Assembly: GCA_001871415.1 (NCBI GenBank)
Contig: MNWW01000058.1
Span: forward strand, 62,001 to 126,000
DNA: 64,000 nucleotides
Reading direction: 5' to 3'
From: Candidatus Woesearchaeota archaeon CG1_02_57_44
Lineage (GTDB): Archaea > Nanobdellota > Nanobdellia > Woesearchaeales > CG1-02-57-44
Below the pieces are notes generated by a model, which saw only the letters and a list, made by a program, of their open reading frames with translations, made no database searches and had not been told where the DNA came from. Positions within the stretch are counted from its first letter, which is position 1; the number at the start of each line of letters is the position of its first letter. Of this stretch, positions 1 to 10,351 are shown in pieces. Made by a program: the position numbers and the translations under genes.

Positions 1-119
1 GGCTCTATCAGGCGTTCACCGCGTCGGTGCAGACCGGATTCGCGTGGATTGTCGCAGGCGCCGTGGTACTCATCCTGTTCATGGTGCTCATCGTGCGCGA
101 GTATGAGATCATCGCGTAA
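1..119 (+). CDS. 3' end of a membrane protein (partial)
   Basis: Open frame LYQAFTASVQTGFAWIVAGAVVLILFMVLIVREYEIIA ending TAA at 117-119, 5 nt before the next ATG. Confidence 0.6.
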   Translation, partial: LYQAFTASVQTGFAWIVAGAVVLILFMVLIVREYEIIA

Positions 120-124
120 GACCC

Positions 125-757
125 ATGGCACTGGGCAAGCGGGGCATTGAGCTTTCTGTTAATTTTATTGTCATGCTCATCATAGCGATAGTCGTGTTCT
201 CGCTTGGCCTGAGCGTCACCTTCAAGCTCATCGGCAAGGTGCAGAAAGTATCAGACGCCGTCGACGCGAGCACCAAAGCTGACATCGAACGGCTGCTCGT
301 CAGGAGCAACCAGCGCACGGTGCTGCCGTTCAACAACAAGGCAGTGCGCATCGGCGAGGATGCAACATTCAATCTTGGCATCAGCTATAATGGAGGAGAG
401 ACGACAGAGCGCTTTGGGATCAAGGTGGCGTGCAAGAGCTTTGTCGCATCGGGGGGTTCATCCGCTGCGTGTCCTGGCGCAACCACTGCGCCATCTGTGC
501 AATTCATCCCTGAGACCTCCATCAAGAACAATGCCTTTGACGTCGTGAAGCTGTTGTTCGTCACCAAGGGAAGCGGCTTTCGTGCCAGTCCCGGGACCTA
601 CTACTATGTCGTGCAGGTAGGACAGTGCAATCAGGATGGTACGGGCGTTACTAACTCCTGCGCACCATTCACATCCAGCACCAACATCCAGGGAACAGGG
701 GTTCCTCCCTGGGGCGCCTACCCGCCATCGCATCAGATAACGCTGACCGTGAAGTGA
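125..757 (+). CDS. archaeal type IV pilin-like protein (class III signal peptide)
   Basis: N-terminus KRG|IELSVNFIVMLIIAIVVF followed by a beta-rich Cys-containing domain. Confidence 0.75.
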   Translation: MALGKRGIELSVNFIVMLIIAIVVFSLGLSVTFKLIGKVQKVSDAVDASTKADIERLLVRSNQRTVLPFNNKAVRIGEDATFNLGISYNGGETTERFGIKVACKSFVASGGSSAACPGATTAPSVQFIPETSIKNNAFDVVKLLFVTKGSGFRASPGTYYYVVQVGQCNQDGTGVTNSCAPFTSSTNIQGTGVPPWGAYPPSHQITLTVK

Positions 758-1226
758 TGCGCTTCTGTTATCGGTGTGCGNNNNNNNNNNNNNGCGGTGC
801 ATTCAATGCAGTGGGTCTTGGTCTGGTTGAACCTGCATACGGCGTTGTGTCCTGTTATACCATGCACAGGTCATTCTGGTTTCCCAAGGTTACGTCACGT
901 TGGTGGCGCTGGTCGCGCTGGCATTCTGCTGTGGTCACTGGCTGAGGGTCAAGGTATGCGGCTCCTGAGCATGAGCGCCCCTGATCAGTGGCTTGACACT
1001 GTGCCCTGCGCAGCGGGAGCGCGTGGCTATGCGTCGGGTAGCATCAGCTTACGGCATGTCCAGCAGCTCCTTGGTTTAACCCTGTCCCACGCGCAGCAGC
1101 AGGACGCCCGAGCGTGCTGACCATTAGAGGTCCCTGCAGAAGGTGACGCCAGGAGCATTTGTCACGTGTCTTGACTGCACTGTTCCCCAGCAAGGTTTAT
1201 AAGTTCCATTGCCCCCAACAGTAAGC

Positions 1227-1766
1227 ATGCGCATGCCGTTCGGCTCTCCGGCCATGAGCTTTGGCAAGCTGGTCATGATACTCGTCGCCTTATTCCTGCT
1301 CTGGTATGTCACCTTCTTCTCCCTCAATCACGTGTCCGGCAAGATATTCCCCTCTGATGACCTGCGCGCGAAAGCAGTCTCCAATACGCTCTCGCTGCTG
1401 GGCAATGGGACGAGTGTCATCAACAATGACCTGGTCAGCATCTCTGCTGGGCAGAGCGCGTATCGGGTCTTTGCTGTGCATAATCTCATGGACAGCCCCA
1501 AGGAATTCCGACTCGTCGTCTGCTATCCACAGACCGGCGCGTGCATGCCGGGCGCAAGGTTCCCTGCTAAGCTCCCGGTTATCTCGTATGATGCTGACAC
1601 TCCGCTTGTCGTCGACAAGCAGGCATTTGTCATCGATATCAACGGCTCTAACACCTTCGGTCTCTTCACCTTTGAGGTCTATGCTGAATACGACGCTGAT
1701 GACGGACCAGAAAGGGACTGGCAGGTGTATTATCCCAAGCAGGTGCTGACAATCGGGGTGACGTAG
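1227..1766 (+). CDS. membrane-anchored surface protein, probable distant paralog of 125-757
   Basis: N-terminal TM helix; C-terminal WQVYYPKQVLTIGVT resembles WGAYPPSHQITLTVK; TATA-like TTTATAA at ~1196-1202. Confidence 0.6.
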   Translation: MRMPFGSPAMSFGKLVMILVALFLLWYVTFFSLNHVSGKIFPSDDLRAKAVSNTLSLLGNGTSVINNDLVSISAGQSAYRVFAVHNLMDSPKEFRLVVCYPQTGACMPGARFPAKLPVISYDADTPLVVDKQAFVIDINGSNTFGLFTFEVYAEYDADDGPERDWQVYYPKQVLTIGVT

Positions 1767-1951
1767 GTAGTTCATTGAATACATGATTGAACAGAATCAG
1801 AGACAGTATTTTGGCGCCTGTTTGTTCTGCGCAGCATCGCGCTGAGGGGTAAGATGTGGATCTTTTATCGTACGCAGGCCGCCTGTGGCATGGGCGCAGA
1901 AAACAGCAGCTAGTGATGCGCTGCTCTCGCGTTCAGCAACCCGCAATCAGG

Positions 1952-2161
1952 TCATTCCTGTTGTTTCTCGTCGACGCTCGCTTCTTTCTTCACAGCGAAC
2001 TCGCCTTCCTGCTTCATGCGCAGGTACTGCTCCCTTGTCATGGTGCTCGTCCTGATGCAGGAGTTGATGATGACATTCTGCTGGCGGCTCCAGTCCTTAT
2101 CATCATGCGTTCTCACATACTCGGCCCAGAGGTCTATGAATTCATCCTTATTCATATTCAC
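1952..2161 (-). CDS. small hypothetical protein
   Basis: 69-aa ORF with protein-like composition, overlapping the stop of the upstream gene, GGTGA SD. Confidence 0.65.
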   Translation of the reverse strand: MNMNKDEFIDLWAEYVRTHDDKDWSRQQNVIINSCIRTSTMTREQYLRMKQEGEFAVKKEASVDEKQQE

Positions 2162-2409
2162 ACCTTTCGGTACGCTTTCGCCAATCCTTCCAGCACATCT
2201 GTCCCCGCGTAGCCAGCAAGTATGTTCAGCCGGTAGTCAGCGCCCACCAGCATGCCCGCGGTCGCCCCGACAATGGCTGATGCGACCAGTGTCAGGATGT
2301 AATAATCTGTGGAGAACTTCCTTTTCGCGCGCGTGGCTTTCAGGATGCCCACGCAGGATCGGGTAATGCCGCCGACAAGTCCCATGGCTGCCGCACTGAG
2401 CAGGGTCAT
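2158..2409 (-). CDS. small membrane protein
   Basis: MTLLSAAAMGLVGGITRS...LAGYAGTDVLEGL; hydrophobic helices; start trimmed to ATG 2409. Confidence 0.65.
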   Translation of the reverse strand: MTLLSAAAMGLVGGITRSCVGILKATRAKRKFSTDYYILTLVASAIVGATAGMLVGADYRLNILAGYAGTDVLEGLAKAYRKV

Positions 2410-2757
2410 TGCTCTGTGGGAGCGCCTGGAATTAATAAATTGAGTGATTGGATGCGAATGGATCAGGCATTGTGCGTCCTGCTGCGATGCGCGGGGCAGG
2501 GGTAAGGTATGGAGCTGCTGAATATGCTGTCCCTTGCGAGGTTTGAGCGTCAATAGTGGGTGCTGTATGGTTCTGGTGCCTGCGCGAGAGGCAGCAATGC
2601 TAGGTGCTCTGCGCAACACGGCGCATGAAGAATCAGGCATGGGTGCGCAATATGGTGGATTGGCTATCATGCGCAGCTGCTCACGGACTTACCTTAAAGG
2701 CACTGCTACAGCAGCTATGAAATGGAAAGGAAAAACAGAACAAGGGGTGCTGGTCTC

Positions 2758-3495
2758 TTACTTGTCCGCCGCAGCCGCTATCTTCGCGAACTGCTCAGCG
2801 TCGAGAGAAGCGCCGCCTATCAGGAAACCATTGATGACCGGCACTGCCAGCAGCTCTGCGGCATTGTCCGGCTTGACCGAGCCGCCGTAGAGCAGACGCA
2901 CCGCGATATCCTGATAGAGGCCTTCAAGCACGTGCTTGATATAGGACATGGCATCATCCGCCTGCTCAGCAGTTGCTGTCTTGCCTGTGCCGATGGCCCA
3001 GACCGGCTCATAGGCGACGGTCAGCTTCTTCATGTCATCCGCCGAAACGCCCTTCAGACCGTTCCTGAGCTGGTATTCCAGCACCTGCTTGGTATGGCCA
3101 GCATCGCGTTCTTCAAGGGTCTCGCCCGCGCAGAGAATTGGTTTAAGACCTGCGTGCAACGCTGCTTTTACCTTGGCGTTGATGGTATCGTTCTCTTCGT
3201 GGAATATGTGCCTTCGTTCAGAATGGCCGAGTATCACATACTCACAGCCGATATCCTTGAGCATGCCGGGCGCTATCTCGCCAGTGAACGCGCCTTTCTC
3301 TTCCTGGTGCATATTCTGTGCTCCCAGGGATACCTTGGAGCCTTTCAGCACGCCTGCAACAGGGTACAATGCAGTAAAAGGAGGGCAGATGAGCATTTCA
3401 GCTTTTGATTTTATCTTCTTCACGGCCTTTGCCAATTCAATGGCTTCGGGCACGTTCTTGTGCATCTTCCAGTTTCCCGCTATGAGTGTTTTCAC
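2758..3495 (-). CDS. tpiA: triosephosphate isomerase (bacterial-type)
   Basis: IAGNWKMH, GHSERR, AYEPVWAIGTG, YGGSV, GGASL motifs. Confidence 0.97.
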   Translation of the reverse strand: MKTLIAGNWKMHKNVPEAIELAKAVKKIKSKAEMLICPPFTALYPVAGVLKGSKVSLGAQNMHQEEKGAFTGEIAPGMLKDIGCEYVILGHSERRHIFHEENDTINAKVKAALHAGLKPILCAGETLEERDAGHTKQVLEYQLRNGLKGVSADDMKKLTVAYEPVWAIGTGKTATAEQADDAMSYIKHVLEGLYQDIAVRLLYGGSVKPDNAAELLAVPVINGFLIGGASLDAEQFAKIAAAADK

Positions 3496-3552
3496 TGTTT
3501 CACCTTTGATAATGAAAAGAAGAAGGAAAAAAAAGCGCCAAAGGCGCTAGTC

Positions 3553-5934
3553 TTACGCACTCTGGACAGTCACGACGCTCTCCGTAACGGTTTGCGTCTT
3601 GACTTCGCTTCCAGACAGCACTTTGCTACCAAGGGCGTTGGCCTGAGCCAAAATCTTGGAGGCAACGACCGTATCGTCAGCTGACATACCGGCCACCAGC
3701 AGAGCTACCTTGCCCTTGCCAGTGTCGTACAGCTTGATGATGGCCTCGCCGTCCTTGAAGCCCTCAGCGCAGTTCTCTGGGTTGTTGCGCAGCTTCGCAG
3801 CCACGGTGTTCACGCAGGGGCCGCCAACCACGATGAGGTTGGAGTCCTGGTAGCCGCTCAGGACAGTGGTGTCCAGAACAGCCGCGCCTACCTGCACCCT
3901 GTTGGTGTCATAGTAGGTGCCACCAGAGCTTGCACCGCTCGTTGACGCAGTCGAATCCACAGGCGCCAAGAAGATGTTGGCGACCATCTGGGTGTTCGGA
4001 TAGTATATCTCTGCGTCGTAGCTGTCGGTGTCGGTCTTGATGAAGGTACCGTAGTTGCTGACGAGCTCGTACTTGTTGCTGTCTGAGGTCTGCACAGAGG
4101 ATGTCGCGTTGACAGCCACGGTGCTGATTCTCATGTCGTTGTCGGAGTTCGCGTTGTTGTACGTGATAACCCATCCAGCGTCGTCTGCCCATGAGGGAGT
4201 ACCAGACCAGTCGTTATAGGAGGTCTCCTCGGTCAGATTGACCGTGATGTTGGTGTCTCCCAGATTGGTCAGGTCGATACCGCCTGTGGAGTTGATGCCG
4301 TTGATGGCAATCTTGGCTCCGCTCTTGGTATAGACATAGTTGACGTTCGCCGGGCTCACGGTCGCGGTCTCTGCACCGAGCAGGGGCACCGTAAAGGTGA
4401 AGGTCTTGCCTGCAAGGGTGTAGGTTGCTGCGCCGCTCGTCACGGTTATCTTGTCCGTGGTCTGGCCGGTCGCGTAGTCATACAACTTGATGTACGCCTC
4501 TGTCGAGCTGTTATAGACCTTGTCCAGGCGCATGATGTACGAGTTGCCGTCCGCGTCCACGATGAACGCGTTCTTGTTCCCGCTTGCGCCACTTATCGTC
4601 GCACCGCCCAACAGCAGCAATGGATCGTTGTTCGCGACAACGGACACGCCCGTTCCATCGCCTGAGGTGTTACCCTCTGCGATGCGCAGACCATTATAGG
4701 TGTTGCCATCCTTGTTGGTGAAGGTCAGCTTCAGGTATGGGTCAGCTGTATCCAACTTGATGACATCCCTGCTCGCGTCCATGAGCTCCGGGGTCAAGCT
4801 TGCGAAGAGCAGCTTGAATGTCCCGAACACCGGATCCACGAACTCCTCACCGACTTTGGTGTAGTCGCGCGTGTTGCTGTCAACTTCGACATTCCTTGGC
4901 TGCACATCGATCTCGATCTGGGAGATCTTGCCGCTGCCCGCAGTGATGGTCACTGTGGTTCCGGAGATGTCTGACGTAGACGTGCTGCCGACCTGGACAG
5001 AGTTGCCGTTCTCAAGCACTATTTTCTCAGAGCCGATAAACAGCCTGACAGCAGCGCTTGGCGTCGGGACGGTGGTCACGAACACGTCGTTGACATAGAC
5101 CTTCTGGCCGCCAATGGTGTAGGTGTTAGCCTTGGAGACTGACTTGGTCTCGCCATTGATGGTCAGGACAGCTGTGCCTGCGTCGGAGTTGGCTCCGGAG
5201 ACACTGATGTCCACTGGGGTCCCAGACATGTCCACGGTCGCTGACTCGCCTGCGGTGAAGACCTGGTCGAGGGCAGCGCTGTAGAGGGTGACCTTGGTGG
5301 AGGTGACCTCGCCAGACGTGCCGGACACGGTGTAGGTCTTGCCGAACAGGGTTATCTGCTCGTTGTCAGCCAGGGTCAGGTTCGTTGCCTGCGGGAAGAT
5401 GACCTTCATCTTGTAGCCATCGTTGCTAGCCCAGTTGACATAGACGAACGGGTCGTTGCTGTCATCTGTGCTGACGTCGCCGAATGCGACAGATCCGCCA
5501 GGCAGGACAATCTGCTGGTTGTAGGTGTAGGTGCCATCCTCATTGGTGACAGTACCTGACTTGAGCAGGGTCGGCATATCGCTTGAGGTGACGACCTGCT
5601 TGGTCACATTGATGTCATCGCCCATATAGATGTCACGGCCGGATGCTGCCATGCTCACGCCGTTGTCAATAGTCACTGCACCGGAAGATCCGGGCAGGTC
5701 CTTTGCGACGCGGGAAGCAAACTGCAGGCTGTTGGCGATATCAATCGCGCCGATAACATCAGGGGTCTGCGCCTTCGCACCAATAACAATCTTGGTGTTA
5801 AACTTACCATCCTTCACGAACGGCGACGGATAATCAGACAGATCCGCTGCCATCGCGCCGAAGATGGTAGCACCGAGCATGGTCGCGCCAGCTCCAATTG
5901 CCACGATCTTTTTCATGGCTTTTTGCACTTTCAT
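3553..5934 (-). CDS. S-layer protein (Methanococcales/DPANN type)
   Basis: MKKIVAIGAGATMLGAT..ADLSDYPSPFV N-terminus; C-terminal NLIVVGGPCVN and LLVAG; Thr/Ser/Asn-rich; GGAGGTG SD. Confidence 0.9.
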   Translation of the reverse strand: MKVQKAMKKIVAIGAGATMLGATIFGAMAADLSDYPSPFVKDGKFNTKIVIGAKAQTPDVIGAIDIANSLQFASRVAKDLPGSSGAVTIDNGVSMAASGRDIYMGDDINVTKQVVTSSDMPTLLKSGTVTNEDGTYTYNQQIVLPGGSVAFGDVSTDDSNDPFVYVNWASNDGYKMKVIFPQATNLTLADNEQITLFGKTYTVSGTSGEVTSTKVTLYSAALDQVFTAGESATVDMSGTPVDISVSGANSDAGTAVLTINGETKSVSKANTYTIGGQKVYVNDVFVTTVPTPSAAVRLFIGSEKIVLENGNSVQVGSTSTSDISGTTVTITAGSGKISQIEIDVQPRNVEVDSNTRDYTKVGEEFVDPVFGTFKLLFASLTPELMDASRDVIKLDTADPYLKLTFTNKDGNTYNGLRIAEGNTSGDGTGVSVVANNDPLLLLGGATISGASGNKNAFIVDADGNSYIMRLDKVYNSSTEAYIKLYDYATGQTTDKITVTSGAATYTLAGKTFTFTVPLLGAETATVSPANVNYVYTKSGAKIAINGINSTGGIDLTNLGDTNITVNLTEETSYNDWSGTPSWADDAGWVITYNNANSDNDMRISTVAVNATSSVQTSDSNKYELVSNYGTFIKTDTDSYDAEIYYPNTQMVANIFLAPVDSTASTSGASSGGTYYDTNRVQVGAAVLDTTVLSGYQDSNLIVVGGPCVNTVAAKLRNNPENCAEGFKDGEAIIKLYDTGKGKVALLVAGMSADDTVVASKILAQANALGSKVLSGSEVKTQTVTESVVTVQSA

Positions 5935-6019
5935 TCAAACACCTCCGTGTTTTCCTTGGGCATCGATAGACTCTGAGCCTAACCGGCACAGGTCCATTGG
6001 GCCTGTAAAACCAACCATC

Positions 6020-6031
6020 GTATATAAAACT
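6020..6031 (-). promoter_or_regulatory. TATA box of the S-layer gene
   Basis: TTTTATATA on the minus strand ~90 nt upstream of the ATG. Confidence 0.55.
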
Positions 6032-6652
6032 ATCGGTGGTCGGTTTTCTCGACGACAAACCTCTTTTTGGGAAGTCTGTCGGCCCCCCTCAGAGCAGTCA
6101 AACTCTGAAGGACTGCACAGGATTGACGCTGGCTATTTTTAATGGTTTCGCAAATGCCCTGGCAGCGCATGGTTCCTGTTATGCCGGATGGGGTCAAGGT
6201 CGTTGTTGGCAGGGGTTAGGGGGCACTCTTAACTATTGGGTGGTAAAATGGTGGGGGTGGGGGGGCATTTATAAACCCTTATATACTCTATTTTGGATGT
6301 TGGGATTTTGTTTATAAACTGGCTTGTTTCTCGGCCGAGAATAAGCGGTTCTTGGTTGCTGTTTTTATTGGCTCTGACGGCGGGTCTCTGGGTTGATTAC
6401 CCCAACCATTATGGCGTTTCAAGTAGAACATCTTTTGCAGCGGCTTCGCCGCCAGTCTTGTATTGACGATTGTCGTCCATAAGCGTGCATACCTGGGGCT
6501 CATCGATTCTTTTTGGAAAATCCGTAGACATGCCAAGGGCATGTTGAGGCCCTGAACTTCGTTCATGAGGATCGATCCAAAACAAGGTCAATGCACGCTG
6601 TCGCAGGGTTGCCCGGTCTTGCAGAACAAGGTTTTCATTGATTTAAAAAGCA

Positions 6653-6736
6653 TGCGGGGAGCAGGGTTCGAACCTGCGTAGACGCTAGGCCAACAGGTCC
6701 TAAGCCTGTCCCGTTTGACCACTCCGGCATCCCCGC
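6653..6736 (-). tRNA. tRNA-Leu(TAG)
   Basis: GCGGGGA acceptor stem, ACAGG-CT-TAG-GA-CCTGT anticodon arm, long variable arm, GGTTCGAAC T-loop; CCA not encoded. Confidence 0.95.
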
Positions 6737-6785
6737 GCAGGAGCGCGGGAAAGCGCCGCGCTTTTAAAAACCACCGGGTCGCTGC

Positions 6786-7439
6786 TCAGGTCCCGAACAC
6801 GACCACTGAACCCTCAGTGGACTGGTTGCCTGTGTCAATGGCGCGTACAGTATAATTATACAGGCCGCTTGTGAACCTGAACACGGACTGCTCCCATTCG
6901 CAGGTCGGCTGGTCAAAGCAATCTTTCCTGGCAGTCACCTGCTTTCCGCCATTGGTGTACAGGCGCAGCTCAGCTATGCCATCAGGGTCCGTCGCTGTCG
7001 TGTTGATGATGCTCTGCCTGGCAGCCTGGTAGATGGCATTGACCGTCACTATGCCACTGCCCTCTGCTGGTGGCGTTGTCTGGGCAGGAGTTGTCGGCTC
7101 TGGCTCGGTCGGCGCTGGAGCAGCAGCGACGCAGGCTCCGTCTTCGCATACCTCTTCACAGGCCTGCTCTGTCTGCACCGGCGCGCTGTACTGGCAGGTC
7201 CATTCCAGCACATGCGTATCGTCCACACAACTGTCGGTCCGCAGGAACTGCTCGCCGTCCTGCTCTCCACGCACCGTTCCCTGCACCAGGATGTCCACAC
7301 CGTCGCTGTCAGCGCAGGTGTTCGTTGGCAGCGGCGTCACGGTCGTACCGCTATCATCAGGCGCCGCAGCCGGCGGGTGCGCTGGTGCGGCGCAGGCAGT
7401 GAGCACAATAAGGAATATGGCAAGGTAGTAGGGTTTCAT
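6786..7439 (-). CDS. lipoprotein with DSDG/Cys-rich module and Ig-like domain
   Basis: Lipobox LTAC; TCADSDG...DSC...EWTC...CEDGAC; Pro/Thr linker; DPDGI Ig-like C-domain. Confidence 0.75.
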   Translation of the reverse strand: MKPYYLAIFLIVLTACAAPAHPPAAAPDDSGTTVTPLPTNTCADSDGVDILVQGTVRGEQDGEQFLRTDSCVDDTHVLEWTCQYSAPVQTEQACEEVCEDGACVAAAPAPTEPEPTTPAQTTPPAEGSGIVTVNAIYQAARQSIINTTATDPDGIAELRLYTNGGKQVTARKDCFDQPTCEWEQSVFRFTSGLYNYTVRAIDTGNQSTEGSVVVFGT

Positions 7440-7510
7440 GGGTAACGGCCTCCGAAAAAATCAGGCATCTTCACCTATATAATACTAACGTCGCTGACCA
7501 GCCCAAGACC

Positions 7511-8728
7511 TCAAATGCCGAATGTTTCGCAGACGCGCACATACGCTTCCTGGCTTCGCTCACGGTCATACGCGCCTGCCACTGAAATGACTTTTTGCCT
7601 ATGTGGTTGGGGAATGTGGCTCGTCAGGGCTGGACTGAGCAGGTACTGGCAGAACTGGGTCACATTGGCTGGTCTTTCTACTTTTCGCGCGCGCTCGAAA
7701 TCCACGAGAACAGGCACGGGGCAATTATCTCTGCTATTCTCTATGATAATATGCTTTGACGGATGATTCATCTCCTGTTTCTGGATGCCTGCCTTGTCTA
7801 GCACCAGGCATTGCTCCATGACCCTTTTTATCAGTCGCTTCTTTTCAGCTTCTGTCGTTGTCGTCAGCCAGTCTTCAAACAGGGGGCCGGATACCAGCTG
7901 CATGATGACATATCCTTCCCCGTACACAAGCAGCTTTGGTCCTATGCACAGACGGTTGACCTCTGCAAGCATCATCGCTTCGTGTCCGGTTGTATCCTTG
8001 CAGTCAAGACGGGGCACCTTCGCCACTGCATGCATACCCTTCCAGGTTCCCTGATAGACGATGCCTCTTCGTCCTTTTGCCAAAACCTTGGCATCCTCCA
8101 GCCCTGCCTGCGTCGCATACTGCCGCATGAGGGTCACGGGGTCGTGCCAAAGCCGGATGCACCGTAGCTCCTCAAAAAACACCTTCTTTCTCGCGACGAC
8201 CTGCGCGAGCAGGCCATGCTTTCGGGCAATCGCGTGGACGCTGCACCTTGTCTGAGACGAACAGATAACGAGCGCGCTGCCCCCCGGCGAGGTCGCTTTC
8301 AGGTAGGGGTGTAGCTGCTCGATGAATCTTGCCAGCAGCTCGCAGCCGGACGGCCCACCGTCGAGCGCCTGGTCAGGATATTGCTCATCCGCCGGCAGGT
8401 ATGGCGCGTTGAAGATGACTAGGTCGAATCTTGCCTCGTGCCTGTTGAGCAACGCGCGCAGCTCCTTTGGGAGTCGTCGCATGCCTTCCACGTCAAGGAA
8501 GGAAAACAAGTCGCTCTCGATGAACCAGGCATTGTCCGGGGCGTTCCTGCTCGCATGCGCTATTGCCTCGGGATTGGTGTCCACGCCTATCACCGCATCA
8601 GCGGTCTTTGTCGCGGCGTGCGCAAGGTATCCTGAACCCGTGCCCATGTCCAGCACAAGACCTTTGCAATACCGGCGCATGGCCTGCTCGAGCAGGAAGG
8701 TGTCCTCTGCTGGCTGGTAGACGCTCAT
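7511..8728 (-). CDS. HemK2/Mtq2-like methyltransferase fused to an atypical protein kinase-like domain
   Basis: VYQPAEDTFLL, LDMGTGSG, FNAPYLP; C-half KGRRGIVY, AVAK, KHII, VDFE. Confidence 0.85.
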   Translation of the reverse strand: MSVYQPAEDTFLLEQAMRRYCKGLVLDMGTGSGYLAHAATKTADAVIGVDTNPEAIAHASRNAPDNAWFIESDLFSFLDVEGMRRLPKELRALLNRHEARFDLVIFNAPYLPADEQYPDQALDGGPSGCELLARFIEQLHPYLKATSPGGSALVICSSQTRCSVHAIARKHGLLAQVVARKKVFFEELRCIRLWHDPVTLMRQYATQAGLEDAKVLAKGRRGIVYQGTWKGMHAVAKVPRLDCKDTTGHEAMMLAEVNRLCIGPKLLVYGEGYVIMQLVSGPLFEDWLTTTTEAEKKRLIKRVMEQCLVLDKAGIQKQEMNHPSKHIIIENSRDNCPVPVLVDFERARKVERPANVTQFCQYLLSPALTSHIPQPHRQKVISVAGAYDRERSQEAYVRVCETFGI

Positions 8729-10326
8729 GCCATCCTGCTGAACAGGCAGTTCAGCAGCGCGGCGCTTGCCGAGTAGGTCGCGTGGGCGCCAGAGAACGAG
8801 AGGTTCTGCACCAGTGTGGCTCCTGCCAATGGCAGATCAGAGAGGTAGTAGATCATGCCCGCTTCGCTTCGGCCATGCTTTCGCAGGGCCGCGAGGAATG
8901 GTCCTGCTTCCATCTCCACAAAGGAGATGTCCTTGAGCGCGCTCGCCTCCAGGTAGAGCCGGTTCATGATGATGGTGCCCTTGCTGGAGATGCCGGTCAC
9001 GCCGAGGAAACGCTGCTGGTAGACGCCGCCGGTGAAATGCTTGTCCTCGATAAGATTGCTGACTTGTCTGTCCTGTTCATTGTCGTCGCTGTCATCGATT
9101 ATCCTGGCAGGCACCATGTGATCGCCAACCTCTCCCTTGAAACCGCCCGCCTTTCCCAGGACGAATACGTCCGTTACCCTGAGACGCTGCATCAACGCGT
9201 CCAGCATGTATCTTGCCTGCAAGCCAAAGGGGTAGTCAATATTGACGATGGCATATTCTGCCAGTTTTTTCGGTGGGATGTTCCAGAACGCTTCGAGCAG
9301 ACGCCTATCCAGGCGCCGGTCAATGAGCTTGGCAGGGTCCATGACCTGAAAGGAGACATTGGCGCCGGTGAGGTCCTGGCACGTTGTGATGCCGCAGTTT
9401 TCTTCCCAGGCAAGCCGTTCATCGTAGAGTTTGTGGTGCGCGATGTATTTCTTGGATACATAGTAGAGGAAGTCGCGCTTGCTGGACTGGCGCACCCGCC
9501 TGTTTGTCACCTGGTCCAAAAGCTCAAGCAGCATAGGGTCCTTGGTCTCGTGAATGAAACTGACCAGGCGGTTCTCGATGCTAAAGGCGAATCCTGACAA
9601 CTGATTCGCTATGCTGTGCATGTTGCTTGAGATCAGCAGGATGTTTCTTTTCTCCAGTCCCTGGCCTTCAAGGGTTCTGGCCACCTGCTCAGCAAAGCGG
9701 GTAGTCAAGGCCTCAAATGGTTCATTGCTCTTGATTATCGATGGGTCCAATACCAAGGTCGTGTCCCTGTGCGTCTTTCGTATCTCTTCCAGTATGGTCA
9801 GGGAATCGCGATGCAGCGCGAGGTCCAGGCGCACCATGGCGTCCTCATCAATACCCAGTGCTTGGCTAGCAGCATCCCAGGAAAGCTCTCCTTCCAACCT
9901 GGCCAGCATGCGGTGTATCTTGTTCCACTCCACCTGCAATACTGTGCAGTTGCTGACCACATCATGGATATCCGACCAGGAACGCGCGATGATAGTCAGA
10001 GGGTCTTGCTGCCAGCACGCGCGACGCGCACGGGTCTCCACCAGAGGAGCGTCTTTCCTGCTGCTGGCGATGTGGATGCTCGCGCTGAAGAACACCTGGC
10101 GCGGCAGGCGAAAGCAGCAGTAGGTCAGCGCGTCAATATCGAGCATCTGCTGTCGCGCCTGGCGGTGCAGCAAGGGCTCGAACTTACTGTGTGTAGCGAT
10201 GATATCTTTGATATGCACTTGTCCATTGCGGGAAAAATCAGACTGGTAGCTCTTGACATGCATCTGCAGACGTTTCATGTCCCAAGAAGCTTGCGGTGCT
10301 ATAAAAAGGTTACAATGCTGCTGCAC
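8725..10326 (-). CDS. uncharacterised protein with C-terminal nucleoside phosphorylase-like fold (DUF6909-like); start uncertain
   Basis: SSNMHS, NIDYPFG, GKAGG, VEMEAGP and YYLSDLP motifs; stop overlaps the next gene's start. Confidence 0.65.
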   Translation of the reverse strand: MQQHCNLFIAPQASWDMKRLQMHVKSYQSDFSRNGQVHIKDIIATHSKFEPLLHRQARQQMLDIDALTYCCFRLPRQVFFSASIHIASSRKDAPLVETRARRACWQQDPLTIIARSWSDIHDVVSNCTVLQVEWNKIHRMLARLEGELSWDAASQALGIDEDAMVRLDLALHRDSLTILEEIRKTHRDTTLVLDPSIIKSNEPFEALTTRFAEQVARTLEGQGLEKRNILLISSNMHSIANQLSGFAFSIENRLVSFIHETKDPMLLELLDQVTNRRVRQSSKRDFLYYVSKKYIAHHKLYDERLAWEENCGITTCQDLTGANVSFQVMDPAKLIDRRLDRRLLEAFWNIPPKKLAEYAIVNIDYPFGLQARYMLDALMQRLRVTDVFVLGKAGGFKGEVGDHMVPARIIDDSDDNEQDRQVSNLIEDKHFTGGVYQQRFLGVTGISSKGTIIMNRLYLEASALKDISFVEMEAGPFLAALRKHGRSEAGMIYYLSDLPLAGATLVQNLSFSGAHATYSASAALLNCLFSRMA

Positions 10327-10351
10327 CTCCTGCCGGGAGTTCTGGCGCCCG

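Noticed and set aside
754..1120. ORFs spanning the N run at 781-792
   Set aside because: Frame is undefined across the gap and there are no recognisable motifs
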